Part shown: piece by piece, positions 49,489-58,765 of the stretch
How the letters are laid out: the number at the start of each line of letters is the position of its first letter
How positions within the stretch are numbered: position 1 is the stretch's first letter
The notes under the pieces: model-generated
Database searches by the model: none
Told to the model about the DNA's origin: nothing
What the model saw: only the letters and a program-made list of their open reading frames with translations
Program-made: the position numbers and the translations under genes
NCBI GenBank assembly: GCA_945859975.1
Contig: CAMAPH010000002.1
Span: 64,001-128,000 of the forward strand
Source: Chthonomonas calidirosea
Lineage (GTDB): Bacteria; Armatimonadota; Fimbriimonadia; Fimbriimonadales; Fimbriimonadaceae
Direction of reading: 5' to 3'
DNA length: 64,000 nucleotides

Positions 49489-50154
49489 ATGTTTTTCTGC
49501 CTGCGAATCGATGTCGATTACGTTCCGTGGGATACGCCAGATGCGGAGGAGTTTGGGCATGGCGAGCCGGCGATGTTACTGCGAATCTTCGAGTTTGCAA
49601 AGGAGCGAGGCCTGAAGTTCCAGTTCTTCGTTTCCAACCGAGTGATCCGAGCTTTTCCCACTACCGCCGATGCCATTTTGAACGAGGGACATGATCTCGA
49701 TTGGCTCTGCAAGCATCCCGATGATTCCGCCTCCCGCTACGAAGAGGCCCTTGTTCTTCTCCGGGCCATTGGACATTCGCCACGAGGCGTCGCGGTAAAG
49801 CAGGTTTGGCCAGAATCGGCAGCGACCCAGCACTTCGAAGGCATCGAATTCCTCAGCTCCGAAGGGGCCTTTTGCCCAACCGCATGGCGGCACTTTCCGA
49901 TTGAGCTGAAGCAAGCGCGTTCGGCGCAGCAAGCCGGGATGAGTGTTCGGACTTGGACCGATACGGCCAAGAGACTCGTGCGCGACGCTGCGAGCCGTAA
50001 TCGCAACGTGACGATCGCGGTCCGGCCTCAAGCACTTGCTCGTTGGGACCCTCGTCTCACCCACCTCGCCGAAATCGTGGACCTCGCCACCGCCGTGATG
50101 CTGCCCGTGATGACTCTTCGTGAGGCGTTTAGCGTAGCCCAGGCAGATTCATAA
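49489..50154 (+). CDS. polysaccharide deacetylase-like fold protein
   Basis: LRIDVD start motif and K.QFFVS; canonical His residues not evident. Confidence 0.55.
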   Translation: MFFCLRIDVDYVPWDTPDAEEFGHGEPAMLLRIFEFAKERGLKFQFFVSNRVIRAFPTTADAILNEGHDLDWLCKHPDDSASRYEEALVLLRAIGHSPRGVAVKQVWPESAATQHFEGIEFLSSEGAFCPTAWRHFPIELKQARSAQQAGMSVRTWTDTAKRLVRDAASRNRNVTIAVRPQALARWDPRLTHLAEIVDLATAVMLPVMTLREAFSVAQADS

Positions 50155-50593
50155 CCACCGTCCACTCATCGGGCGTTACCGGCATGATGCTGAGGCGCTG
50201 CCCGCGCCGTGTTACGAACATTTCTTCAAGGCCCGTGGTCTGACGCAGCTCCGCGAGGGGCACGACGCGCGAAAATTTCTCAACGAATTCAACGTCTCGA
50301 ACCAGCCATCGCGGGTTGTCTGGCAGGCTCTTCGGGTCGTGGTATTCCGAAGTTGGATCGAACTGCGTGGGATCGGGATAGGCCTCGCTCGAGATTCTTA
50401 GAACTCCGACAATTCCGCTGGGCGCCGAATTCGAATGATAGAAAAACGCAAGGTCTCCGATGGCCATCGAGTCTCGAATAAAGTTGCGAACCGTGTAGTT
50501 TCGGCAACCTTCCCACATTTCAGGCTTGCCCGCCTTCGCGAGATGGTCAATTGAGTAAACGTCCGGCTCGGACTTCATCAGCCAGTAGTTCAT
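50129..50593 (-). CDS. EVE domain protein
   Basis: MNYWLMKSEP, WEGCRNY, FYHS, QRLSIMPV. Confidence 0.93.
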   Translation of the reverse strand: MNYWLMKSEPDVYSIDHLAKAGKPEMWEGCRNYTVRNFIRDSMAIGDLAFFYHSNSAPSGIVGVLRISSEAYPDPTQFDPTSEYHDPKSLPDNPRWLVRDVEFVEKFSRVVPLAELRQTTGLEEMFVTRRGQRLSIMPVTPDEWTVVMNLPGLR

Positions 50594-50670
50594 GAAACAT
50601 ATTGTGCCGACCCGAGCAAAACTCGGATCGGCATATATCACACCAGCAGGCTGGTTTATGGCAGGCTGGT

Positions 50671-51867
50671 TTACGGGAGGCTGACGTGAACGGCGATGTC
50701 GCCGGTCACCGCGCTGATGTCCAACACGCCGGTGCCTTCGCCGATCCGGCCGGTGATCCGCTGCGCGGTTCGGTGCTCTTCTGACAGCTCACCGCTGAAT
50801 GCGACTTCGCCGTTGAGCGTCGAGATCGAAACCCGAGAATCCGAGTTCGCGGGAATCTCGATGTTCGCATCACCGGACACCGTCCGAATATTGACCGTAC
50901 CGCTGACCGCATTGATGAGCGACACTGCGATGTCCCCGGAAACGGTTTCAAGCGAGATCACCTTGCTTTCCAATCGCTTGGCACTCACATCGCCGCTTGC
51001 GGTTCGAGCACTGACGTTTCCGCGAATGTTCTCCAATGAGACGTCGCCTGACTTGTGCTCGATATTGAGGATCGTCGCCGTTACGTTTGAAACGTGAACA
51101 TTTCCAGAATCGGAACTGACCTCAATTGCGCCATTCAGCCCCGAGAGGTGAATGTCGCCGGATCGACTATTGATGCGTACGCCAGCGCCAGTCTCGTGGA
51201 TGTGGATGTCGCCCGACTCGGCCCGCACTTCGATTGCGGCAAAGCCGTTAAGATCGATGTGCAAGTCGACGTTGAGCCCGGTCATATCCGGCTGCTTGAT
51301 CACGACCGCATGGTCGCTCTCCTCGATCGTGAGGGTGTATTGGTCAGCTTTTGCCTTCGCGTCATCAAGTGACGCGCCCCGAATTGAGGCTTCGGCTCGA
51401 ACGTTTCCGATCTCCTTTCCGCCATGGATATGGATGTCGCCAATCGGATTCTCGATCCGAAGCACCTTGCCGGTTGGAACCATCAACGGCAGGTCGATGC
51501 TCTTGTGCTCACTCGTTCCCAGCCAGCCAAGATTGACCGATCCCTTCGAAATGTCATCGATCGTCTCGCGAACGATATCTCGGCCACGCTTGGCGCCTTC
51601 GTTCATCTTTCGGCCAAGATCGGCCCAGTCAATGGACTCGGTCTTTTCACGCGCCATCCTCTCAAGGTCTTGGAAGAACCCAGAGATCTGATCTACGGGT
51701 GGCTTCGGGGCATCGGGCGGAGGAGGAGGAGTGCCCGCATCAGGAGCCACACGTTCGGTTTCGGTGCGTTCTCCCTGCATCAACGCCTCGATCAAATCGG
51801 CCGCTTCATCTGCGGTTAAAGCACCATCGGCTACGAGTTGGTTGATTTTTCGAATTTGTTCTTTCAT
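50671..51867 (-). CDS. DUF4097 beta-helix repeat protein with an N-terminal SHOCT-like segment
   Basis: LVADGALTADEAADLIEAL; repeated SGDI/V strands. Confidence 0.85.
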   Translation of the reverse strand: MKEQIRKINQLVADGALTADEAADLIEALMQGERTETERVAPDAGTPPPPPDAPKPPVDQISGFFQDLERMAREKTESIDWADLGRKMNEGAKRGRDIVRETIDDISKGSVNLGWLGTSEHKSIDLPLMVPTGKVLRIENPIGDIHIHGGKEIGNVRAEASIRGASLDDAKAKADQYTLTIEESDHAVVIKQPDMTGLNVDLHIDLNGFAAIEVRAESGDIHIHETGAGVRINSRSGDIHLSGLNGAIEVSSDSGNVHVSNVTATILNIEHKSGDVSLENIRGNVSARTASGDVSAKRLESKVISLETVSGDIAVSLINAVSGTVNIRTVSGDANIEIPANSDSRVSISTLNGEVAFSGELSEEHRTAQRITGRIGEGTGVLDISAVTGDIAVHVSLP

Positions 51868-52259
51868 CGGAGTTCCTGTAATCTTCGCTTTGCCTCTTGA
51901 GCCGACAGTTCGCCGTTCTCAAGCTGCTCGATAATTCGTCGTTTTTCATCCACAATCGCTTCCCGGCGGTTCTCTTGCTGGGGCGGGTGTAGGTCAAGTG
52001 CGGCAAGCAAGGCATCGAGTCGCCCGCGCACGGTTGGGTAGCTGATGCCAAGCTCCTTCTCTACGTGGCTGAGCATTCCGCGGCACTTCAGGAATGCTTC
52101 CAAGAATTGAACGTGCTCGGGCTCAAGCTTCGCATACCTCGGGATCTCGAACTTGCCTCGAATCGTTATCCCGGACTCTTCGCTGGCGAGTTCGCTGATG
52201 TAAAGCTCTCCGCCGGAGACCGGGTCTCGTGGTGGGATGGGATGAAGACTTGACTTCAT
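51864..52259 (-). CDS. DUF2089 family HTH protein
   Basis: FLKCRG..VEKELGISYPTVRGRLD; SHOCT-like end. Confidence 0.88.
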   Translation of the reverse strand: MKSSLHPIPPRDPVSGGELYISELASEESGITIRGKFEIPRYAKLEPEHVQFLEAFLKCRGMLSHVEKELGISYPTVRGRLDALLAALDLHPPQQENRREAIVDEKRRIIEQLENGELSAQEAKRRLQELR

Positions 52260-52376
52260 GGTTCTATTATTCTCGTCTTTTTAAATGTTTCACGAGATTT
52301 TAATAAGTTTTTTCAATTTTCGTCTTTAAATTATGAAGTTTTCAGTGAATTCAGGCTCACAAAGTACAATTTGGGC

Positions 52377-53855
52377 ATGGCTAATGCACTGGAGTCCCTG
52401 AAGGACCGATTGTTCGATGTGAACGCGCTCAACGTCGCGGCGGTAATCATGGACTGGGACCAGCAGACGTATATGCCAAAGCAAGGCTCCGACGCCCGTG
52501 CCGAACACATGAGCATCTTGAGCCGAATGGCCCACGAGATGTTCGTGGCCGACGACACGCAGCGCTGGACGGAGTCTGCCCAGCCGACTTCCGAAGACGA
52601 TGAAGCCCTGATTCGGATCGTCAAGCGGCAACTCCTTTTAAAAACTAAGTTGCCAAGTCGGTTGGTCGAAGAAAAAATGAAAGCATCCGTGCTTGGCCAT
52701 GAAGCATGGGTGAACGCCAGAGCCAACAACGACTTCAACGCATTCGCTCCAGTTTTGGAGAAGCTGTTTGATCTCTCCCGTGAAGAAGCGGAATGCTACG
52801 GCTATTCCGATGACATCTACACTGCTCTTCTCGATATCTACGAAGAGGGTGCCACCGCGGGCGAGGTCCGGTCCATGTTCGACGCCATCAAGGGTCCACA
52901 AGTTGAGCTCGTAAAGGCCATCGCCGCTCAGGGTCCAGTGGATGACTCCTTCCTCCACGGCGAATGGGACACCGCTGCGCAGCAGAAACTCACGCTCCAC
53001 TACGTAAAGGCCATTGGCTTCGACCTTGAAAGAGGTCGGCAGGACACCGCACCACACCCGTTCTGCACCACTTTCTCGGTGAACGATGTCCGGCTTACGA
53101 CCCGGTTCAAGCCGTACCTGCCAAGCAGCATTTTCGGCTCTTTGCACGAAGCAGGCCACGGACTTTATGAGCAGGGCTCGCCTAAGGCTTGGGACCGCAC
53201 ACCGCTCGCTGGCGGAGTTTCGCTGGGAGTTCACGAGAGCCAGTCTCGGCTTTGGGAAAACCTCGTTGGCCGATCCCCCGCCTTCTGGGAATGGGGCTAT
53301 GGCGACCTTCAGAATGCCTTCCCGGCCCTGAAAGACCACTCGCTCGACAAGTTCCTCAAGGCGGTAAATCGCGTGCAGCCATCGTTCATCCGCGTGGAAG
53401 CAGACGAGCTGACCTACAACCTTCACATCATCATTCGGTTTGAAATCGAAAGCGCCGTTCTGAAGGGTGAGTTGGCGGTCAAAGACATTCCGGATGCATG
53501 GAACGCGAAGTACGAAGAGTATCTCGGTATCACGCCGAAGACCGACTCCGAGGGCTGCCTCCAAGACGTCCACTGGTCAATGGGCTCGATCGGCTACTTC
53601 CCTACCTACACCATGGGCAACCTACTGAGCTACCAGATTTGGGCTGCGATGCAGGCTGATCTCGGCGATCTCGATGCGCTCATCGCGGTCGGCGACTTTG
53701 CTCCGATCCTGAACTGGCTGCAGACCAAGATCTACCGACAGGGCAGCAAGTTCCCGCCGAAGGAACTGATCGCTTCGGTGACCGGCAAGCCAATGGGCGC
53801 CGAGGATTACCTAGCCGGCCTGGGTGCAAAGTACCGGAATCTGTACGGGATCTGA
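52377..53855 (+). CDS. M32 carboxypeptidase
   Basis: HPF, HEAGH, HESQS, IRVEADE, QDVHW, YFPTY. Confidence 0.95.
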   Translation: MANALESLKDRLFDVNALNVAAVIMDWDQQTYMPKQGSDARAEHMSILSRMAHEMFVADDTQRWTESAQPTSEDDEALIRIVKRQLLLKTKLPSRLVEEKMKASVLGHEAWVNARANNDFNAFAPVLEKLFDLSREEAECYGYSDDIYTALLDIYEEGATAGEVRSMFDAIKGPQVELVKAIAAQGPVDDSFLHGEWDTAAQQKLTLHYVKAIGFDLERGRQDTAPHPFCTTFSVNDVRLTTRFKPYLPSSIFGSLHEAGHGLYEQGSPKAWDRTPLAGGVSLGVHESQSRLWENLVGRSPAFWEWGYGDLQNAFPALKDHSLDKFLKAVNRVQPSFIRVEADELTYNLHIIIRFEIESAVLKGELAVKDIPDAWNAKYEEYLGITPKTDSEGCLQDVHWSMGSIGYFPTYTMGNLLSYQIWAAMQADLGDLDALIAVGDFAPILNWLQTKIYRQGSKFPPKELIASVTGKPMGAEDYLAGLGAKYRNLYGI

Positions 53856-54106
53856 CCGGTCGGACGGTCGAGGGTTTTGAATTTCTCACACTTCTTCGAG
53901 TCCCGGTGATCCGAAACTTGAAGAAGTGTGATATCTTTTTCTTGGATTGGCGGGAAACTCCGGTCTTGCCTGCGCTCGACGTTGAGCCAGGCTAAGCAAT
54001 CCCTCTGCGGCCGATTTTCAGCCAAAGATTCGTTCGGTTTCTGCTTCCGAACGTTCAAGTAAGCGAGTAGATCACATTCAAACCTGCTTCCTTGGTTTAA
54101 TGAACT

Positions 54107-56065
54107 ATGCTCAAATCCACCCTGTTGGATGCCCTACAAGATCGCGTGCTCATTTATGACGGCGCGATGGGGACGCAGATCCAAGGGTCGAACCTGACCG
54201 ATGCCGACTTCATTCTCCGGCCGGAGCATGGCCACTCTCCTGCCCTGGCGGCTGCCGCCGAGCGACTGAATGGCACTTTGCTGGATGGCTGCAACGAAAT
54301 CCTCAGCATCACCCGGCCCGAAGTCATTCGCAATATCCACGCGGCGTACTTTGCGGCGGGTTCTGATCTGGTGGAAACCAACACGTTTGGTGGAACCTCG
54401 ATTGTCCTTGCCGAATACGACATTCCCGAACTCGTTTATGACCTGAGCCTGGCGAGCGCTCGAATCGCAAAAGAAGCAGCGATCGCCGCGAGTACCACCG
54501 CCAAGCCACGATGGGTTGTTGGAGCTTTGGGTCCAGGCACGAAGCTGATCTCGCTCGGCCAGACCACTTGGGAAGAACTAGAGGAAACCTACAAAACGGG
54601 ATTCGTTGGACTCATCGAGGGTGGCGCGGATGCGCTGCTTCTGGAAACTCTCCAAGACTTGCTGATGGTGAAGGCCGGGGTTGTCGCGGCCGAGAAGGCG
54701 ATGGCCGAGACTGGCAAGCGCCTTCCCCTCTTTGTCCAAGTCACGATGGAGCAGACCGGAACCATGCTCCTCGGCTCCGAAATCGGCGCCGCCCTCAACA
54801 TGCTGGAGGCATTCCCGAGCGTCGTCAGCTTCGGCATGAACTGCGCGACTGGCCCGGTCGAAATGGCTCCTCACGTCCGATTCCTTGGTCAGAACTCGAC
54901 CCGCCCAATCGCCATTCAGCCCAACGCGGGACTACCGCAAATGGAAGCTGGGCGAGCGGTTTACAAGCTGAGTCCTGACGATCTTGCTGGCCACCACGAC
55001 CGGTTCGTTTCTGAAATGGGAGTCGCCCTCTGCGGCGGCTGTTGCGGCACGACACCTGCACACCTCAAGGCGGTGGCCGATGCCGTCGGCGGTCGCCGGC
55101 ATCAGGACAACGCACACTGGCAAAAGAGCCGAGCCGTGTTTCCCGGATTCGATTTTGAGATTAAGCAACCCGAGCAGGCCGATGCGTTTGCCCTCGTCGG
55201 GTGCTCGTCGCTCTACCAATTCCAGCCGTACGTTCAAGACAACAGCTACCTGATCATCGGCGAAAAGACAAACGCCAATGGTTCGCGTGCCTTCCGCGAC
55301 ATGCTGGCAGCGGAGAACTGGGATGGCCTGACGGAGCTCGCTCGGGAACTGGAGGGCGAAGGCTCGCACATTCTTGACGTGTGTGCCGCCTACGTTGGTC
55401 GCGACGAAGTTAGGGACATGAAGTCTTTGCTGGCCAACTACAACCAGCACATCACGGTGCCGATCATGATCGACTCGACCGAGGTTCCGGTGATGGAAGC
55501 GTCGCTTCAGGCATTGGCAGGCAAGCCGATCATCAACTCGATCAACTTTGAGGACGGTGATGACCGTGCCCGAAAGGTTCTGGGCTTAGCGCGAAAGTAC
55601 GGCGCCGGCGTGGTTGCGCTGACGATCAACGAAGACGGCATGGCCAAAACCGCCGAGAAGAAGTTGGAGATCACGGACCGACTGATCGCCCTGACTCGCG
55701 AGTTCGGATTGCCCGACCACGATGTCTTCATCGATACTCTCACCTTCACTTTGGGTTCGGGCGACGAAGAATTCCGCACCGCAGCCATTGAAACGATTGA
55801 GGCCATCAAGGGGGTTAAGGAGCGGTACCCGAGGGTGAACCTGACGCTTGGCGTTAGCAACATCAGCTTCGGCCTCAAGCCCGCTTCGCGGCAGATTCTG
55901 AACAGCGCATTCCTGCACTTTGCCCGTGAAGCTGGGCTAACGAGTGCCATCGTCCACTTCAGCAAAATCCTTCCGGACAACCGGATTCATCCCGACATCT
56001 GGAAAATCGCTTCGGACCTCGTCTTCGATCGTCGCGAGTTTGCCGAAGCACCCGTCGAAGCATAA
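54107..56065 (+). CDS. metH: cobalamin-dependent methionine synthase, homocysteine-binding plus pterin-binding half only
   Basis: DGAMGT, GMNC, GGCCGT, IGEKTNANGS, GVSNISFG; ends at 652 aa with no DxHxxG B12 domain. Confidence 0.9.
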   Translation: MLKSTLLDALQDRVLIYDGAMGTQIQGSNLTDADFILRPEHGHSPALAAAAERLNGTLLDGCNEILSITRPEVIRNIHAAYFAAGSDLVETNTFGGTSIVLAEYDIPELVYDLSLASARIAKEAAIAASTTAKPRWVVGALGPGTKLISLGQTTWEELEETYKTGFVGLIEGGADALLLETLQDLLMVKAGVVAAEKAMAETGKRLPLFVQVTMEQTGTMLLGSEIGAALNMLEAFPSVVSFGMNCATGPVEMAPHVRFLGQNSTRPIAIQPNAGLPQMEAGRAVYKLSPDDLAGHHDRFVSEMGVALCGGCCGTTPAHLKAVADAVGGRRHQDNAHWQKSRAVFPGFDFEIKQPEQADAFALVGCSSLYQFQPYVQDNSYLIIGEKTNANGSRAFRDMLAAENWDGLTELARELEGEGSHILDVCAAYVGRDEVRDMKSLLANYNQHITVPIMIDSTEVPVMEASLQALAGKPIINSINFEDGDDRARKVLGLARKYGAGVVALTINEDGMAKTAEKKLEITDRLIALTREFGLPDHDVFIDTLTFTLGSGDEEFRTAAIETIEAIKGVKERYPRVNLTLGVSNISFGLKPASRQILNSAFLHFAREAGLTSAIVHFSKILPDNRIHPDIWKIASDLVFDRREFAEAPVEA

Positions 56066-56094
56066 AAAATGCCCTCGGTCAAAGACCGAGGGCA
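56064..56094. terminator. terminator hairpin between convergent genes
   Basis: TGCCCTCGGTC-AAA-GACCGAGGGCA with an A-run (U-tail on the minus strand). Confidence 0.75.
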
Positions 56095-56121
56095 AACGGG
56101 CAATGGCCCTAACTCAGTTGA

Positions 56122-56907
56122 TCAGTCTCGGGTGTCGAAGCAGAAAGCGATCACTCGATCGGAGCCTCGGAAAGCTCCGTAAAGGGTAAGCGCCCCAGTT
56201 GCTAGGTCGATCTGGTGGATCGTGCTTGAGCTTGAGCCCGGAAGGTTCACAACGATGAAGCCGCGGTTCTTGCCGCTTCGGCTGTAAATATCAAAGCTCG
56301 TTCTGTCGTCCAGGTCGACGCCAAGGTTTGCAACCACGGTCAGGGTGCCATCATTGGGTGGACTCTGGAGAACGAGGGCATCGAGTTCGGAATCGATGTT
56401 ATAGAGAGCGGTCGAAGTTGCACCAGCGAAGCTATTGGTGTAGGCCGAAGCGACGATGTTCGGCGCGGTTGCGGTACCGAAGGAAAGGGTTCCATCGATG
56501 AGGGCAACGCCGGTTTCAACGTTTACGCGCAGGTTCTGGTTCTGCGTGCTGGTGATCCGAAGTCGGTCTGGGACCGGATTGAAGTCAACTCCGAACTTGG
56601 AGCCGTTCAGCATCGTCGAGATCAGCGAAGCCGGGGTTGCGTTTGCGGTGAGCGGGTTGATGGTGTACAGGTTGCCGAAGCTACCGACGCCGTAGACCAT
56701 GCCGGTGGCCGGTCGCGAATCGATTCCAACGATCTTTTCATTCGGAGCAAGACCGGTAATCGCCAAGGTGTAGTAAGGCGATTGAGGTGACGTATGCTCA
56801 AAGGAAACAAAGTTTCCAGATTCCGTGACCGCGTAGGAACGAACGGCGTGAGCGCTTGCAACAGCAGCTCCAAGAACAACGAAAGCAAGGATCCGATTTG
56901 TTTTCAT
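56122..56907 (-). CDS. DUF4394 domain secreted protein
   Basis: GIDSRPATG, GVDFNPVPDRLR, AYTNS, LQSPPNDGTL. Confidence 0.88.
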   Translation of the reverse strand: MKTNRILAFVVLGAAVASAHAVRSYAVTESGNFVSFEHTSPQSPYYTLAITGLAPNEKIVGIDSRPATGMVYGVGSFGNLYTINPLTANATPASLISTMLNGSKFGVDFNPVPDRLRITSTQNQNLRVNVETGVALIDGTLSFGTATAPNIVASAYTNSFAGATSTALYNIDSELDALVLQSPPNDGTLTVVANLGVDLDDRTSFDIYSRSGKNRGFIVVNLPGSSSSTIHQIDLATGALTLYGAFRGSDRVIAFCFDTRD

Positions 56908-57065
56908 AAGAATCTCCAGCAAGCTGGGCATTTTGATTATAACCTTAATTGCTCTTTTGTGCGCACTTTTTTACTTTCGTGCCTTGTTTTTGATCTTTTT
57001 CAACATCTAGTCGGAGTGAGGGTTTTTTCGATGCGCTTGGGGTATCCTTTCTTGTTCACGACGTT

Positions 57066-57350
57066 ATGGCAAACCTGAAGTCAAGCAAGAAGGATATGCG
57101 ACGAAGCCGACGAAAGTCGCTCGTCAACAAGTCGGTCAAGAGCGCGCTCAAGACCTACATCAAGAAAGTTAAGGTCGCGGCCGCAGTTGCCGCTCCGGAT
57201 GCTGACGCGATTCAGAGCGCCCTTACCCTCGCGGTGAAGGCACTGGACAAGGCTGCTCAGAACGGAACGATCCACAAGAACCAGGCGGCACGCCGAAAGA
57301 GCCGAATTGCCAAGGCTGCAAACGCTGCCAAAGCTAAGCTCGCTGCCTAA
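57066..57350 (+). CDS. rpsT: 30S ribosomal protein S20
   Basis: MANLKSSKK, IHKNQAARRKSR. Confidence 0.97.
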   Translation: MANLKSSKKDMRRSRRKSLVNKSVKSALKTYIKKVKVAAAVAAPDADAIQSALTLAVKALDKAAQNGTIHKNQAARRKSRIAKAANAAKAKLAA

Positions 57351-57361
57351 ATTCACTTTCT

Positions 57362-57398
57362 AAAGCCCTCGATGAGATAACTCATCGAGGGCTTTTTT
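57362..57398. terminator. intrinsic terminator
   Basis: AAAGCCCTCGATGAG...CTCATCGAGGGCTTTTTT. Confidence 0.88.
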
Positions 57399-57402
57399 AC
57401 GC

Positions 57403-58077
57403 CTACTTGATCTCGACGGCTTCGAGTTCGAACACGAGGGTTGCGTCCGGTGGAATGACCCCGCCGGCACCCTGCGAACCATAACCCAAAGTTGGTGGGA
57501 TTGTGACCGTGCGCTTTTCGCCCTTGCGCATGCCGAGAATTCCTTGCTCGAATCCAGGAATGACTTGCTGCGCGCCAAGTTTCACGGCTATCGGCTCGCC
57601 GCGAGTGTAGCTTGAATCAAACTGCTTGCCACCCTTAAGCGTGCCCTTATAGTGAATCTTGACATCCGAACCGACAACGGCTGCTGGACCAGATCCCTTC
57701 TTTGTAACCTTGAACGTTGCTCGCTCGATCGCTTTAAGCGTCACATCAAACAGCAAAGTTGAATTCGCCGGGATGTCGCCCTGAGCTTGGTCACGATAGC
57801 CCATCTCCGGCGGAATACGAAGGCTTCTCTTGCCGCCAACTTTCATACCGGCCACTCCCTTATCCCAGCCCTCGATTACCTGACCGACTCCGAGGCGGAA
57901 CCGGAACGGGGCACGGCCGATGCTGGAATCAAACTTCTTGCCGTTTGTGAGGGTGCCGGTGTAATCCACCACCACAAAGTCCAGCGCCTGAGCCGCTTGG
58001 CCGCTGCCTACCTTAACGTCCTTCACTACCATCTTCTCTGCGCTCATCATCGCAATTGCCGCAACCGTGGCTAACAT
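57403..58077 (-). CDS. two-domain FKBP-type peptidyl-prolyl isomerase
   Basis: Two FDSS..VI.GW/FE.G...IPP..GY repeats. Confidence 0.93.
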   Translation of the reverse strand: MLATVAAIAMMSAEKMVVKDVKVGSGQAAQALDFVVVDYTGTLTNGKKFDSSIGRAPFRFRLGVGQVIEGWDKGVAGMKVGGKRSLRIPPEMGYRDQAQGDIPANSTLLFDVTLKAIERATFKVTKKGSGPAAVVGSDVKIHYKGTLKGGKQFDSSYTRGEPIAVKLGAQQVIPGFEQGILGMRKGEKRTVTIPPTLGYGSQGAGGVIPPDATLVFELEAVEIK

Positions 58078-58134
58078 GCTGGCAGGGTACCCGTCGATAT
58101 TCTCACTGCGTTCCCTCGAAGATATACTGACCGA

Positions 58135-58740
58135 GTGCGGAAATGGATGCCTCTGCTCGGATGGATTGCCTTGTTCTCGGCAGCAAGCGGCCAAACGGCG
58201 GTTCCACAAGGTTCAACCCCGACCGAAACGCTGAACCAATACGATGACCCCGTAGTGCGGCGTACCGTTTCGCTGGCTGGAAACTATTCCGTCACCGAAA
58301 TTCTCGACTTCATGAAGTCGTTTAGCGTCAACTTCGTCGTCCCGGCACGAACGGACCTCGATACGTTCCGGCTTCGTCTGAACATCCAAGACAAGCCTCT
58401 GCGCGACATCATGGTTTGCGTTTCGACCGCGATGAACGGCACTTGGATTTATCAAGCCGGGATTTACATCTTGCGGCTACCCGGCACTGACCTTGTTCGC
58501 ACGGCCGCACCGGCGCCAAAGTCGCCCAATCCCAACGCGATTCTGCCTAAGCTGTCCGACGACGAATTCACGCGACTTCGCGAAGCCGCGGAACAAATGA
58601 AGGCGAAGCCACCAACGCCGAAGCCGGCTCCCGCCCCCAAGGTCGCGCCGAAGAAAGTGACCACAAAGAAGCCGACCACGCGAAAGCCAACGGTAAGAAG
58701 AACTTCGTCGAAGCGAAAGAGATCATCCTCGCGGCGTTAA
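58135..58740 (+). CDS. secreted protein with a single STN-like domain and a basic Lys/Arg/Pro tail
   Basis: Signal peptide; LNIQDKPLRDIM...GTWIYQAGIYIL; KKPTTRKPTVRR tail. Confidence 0.6.
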   Translation: MRKWMPLLGWIALFSAASGQTAVPQGSTPTETLNQYDDPVVRRTVSLAGNYSVTEILDFMKSFSVNFVVPARTDLDTFRLRLNIQDKPLRDIMVCVSTAMNGTWIYQAGIYILRLPGTDLVRTAAPAPKSPNPNAILPKLSDDEFTRLREAAEQMKAKPPTPKPAPAPKVAPKKVTTKKPTTRKPTVRRTSSKRKRSSSRR

Positions 58741-58765
58741 GCGCCGTTCCGGGTAACACCGGCAA

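Noticed and set aside
53945..54005. Cobalamin or SAH riboswitch before metH (GGGAA, GCCAGGCT fragments)
   Set aside because: The key conserved blocks of both classes are missing, so it is kept only as an unknown structured element.
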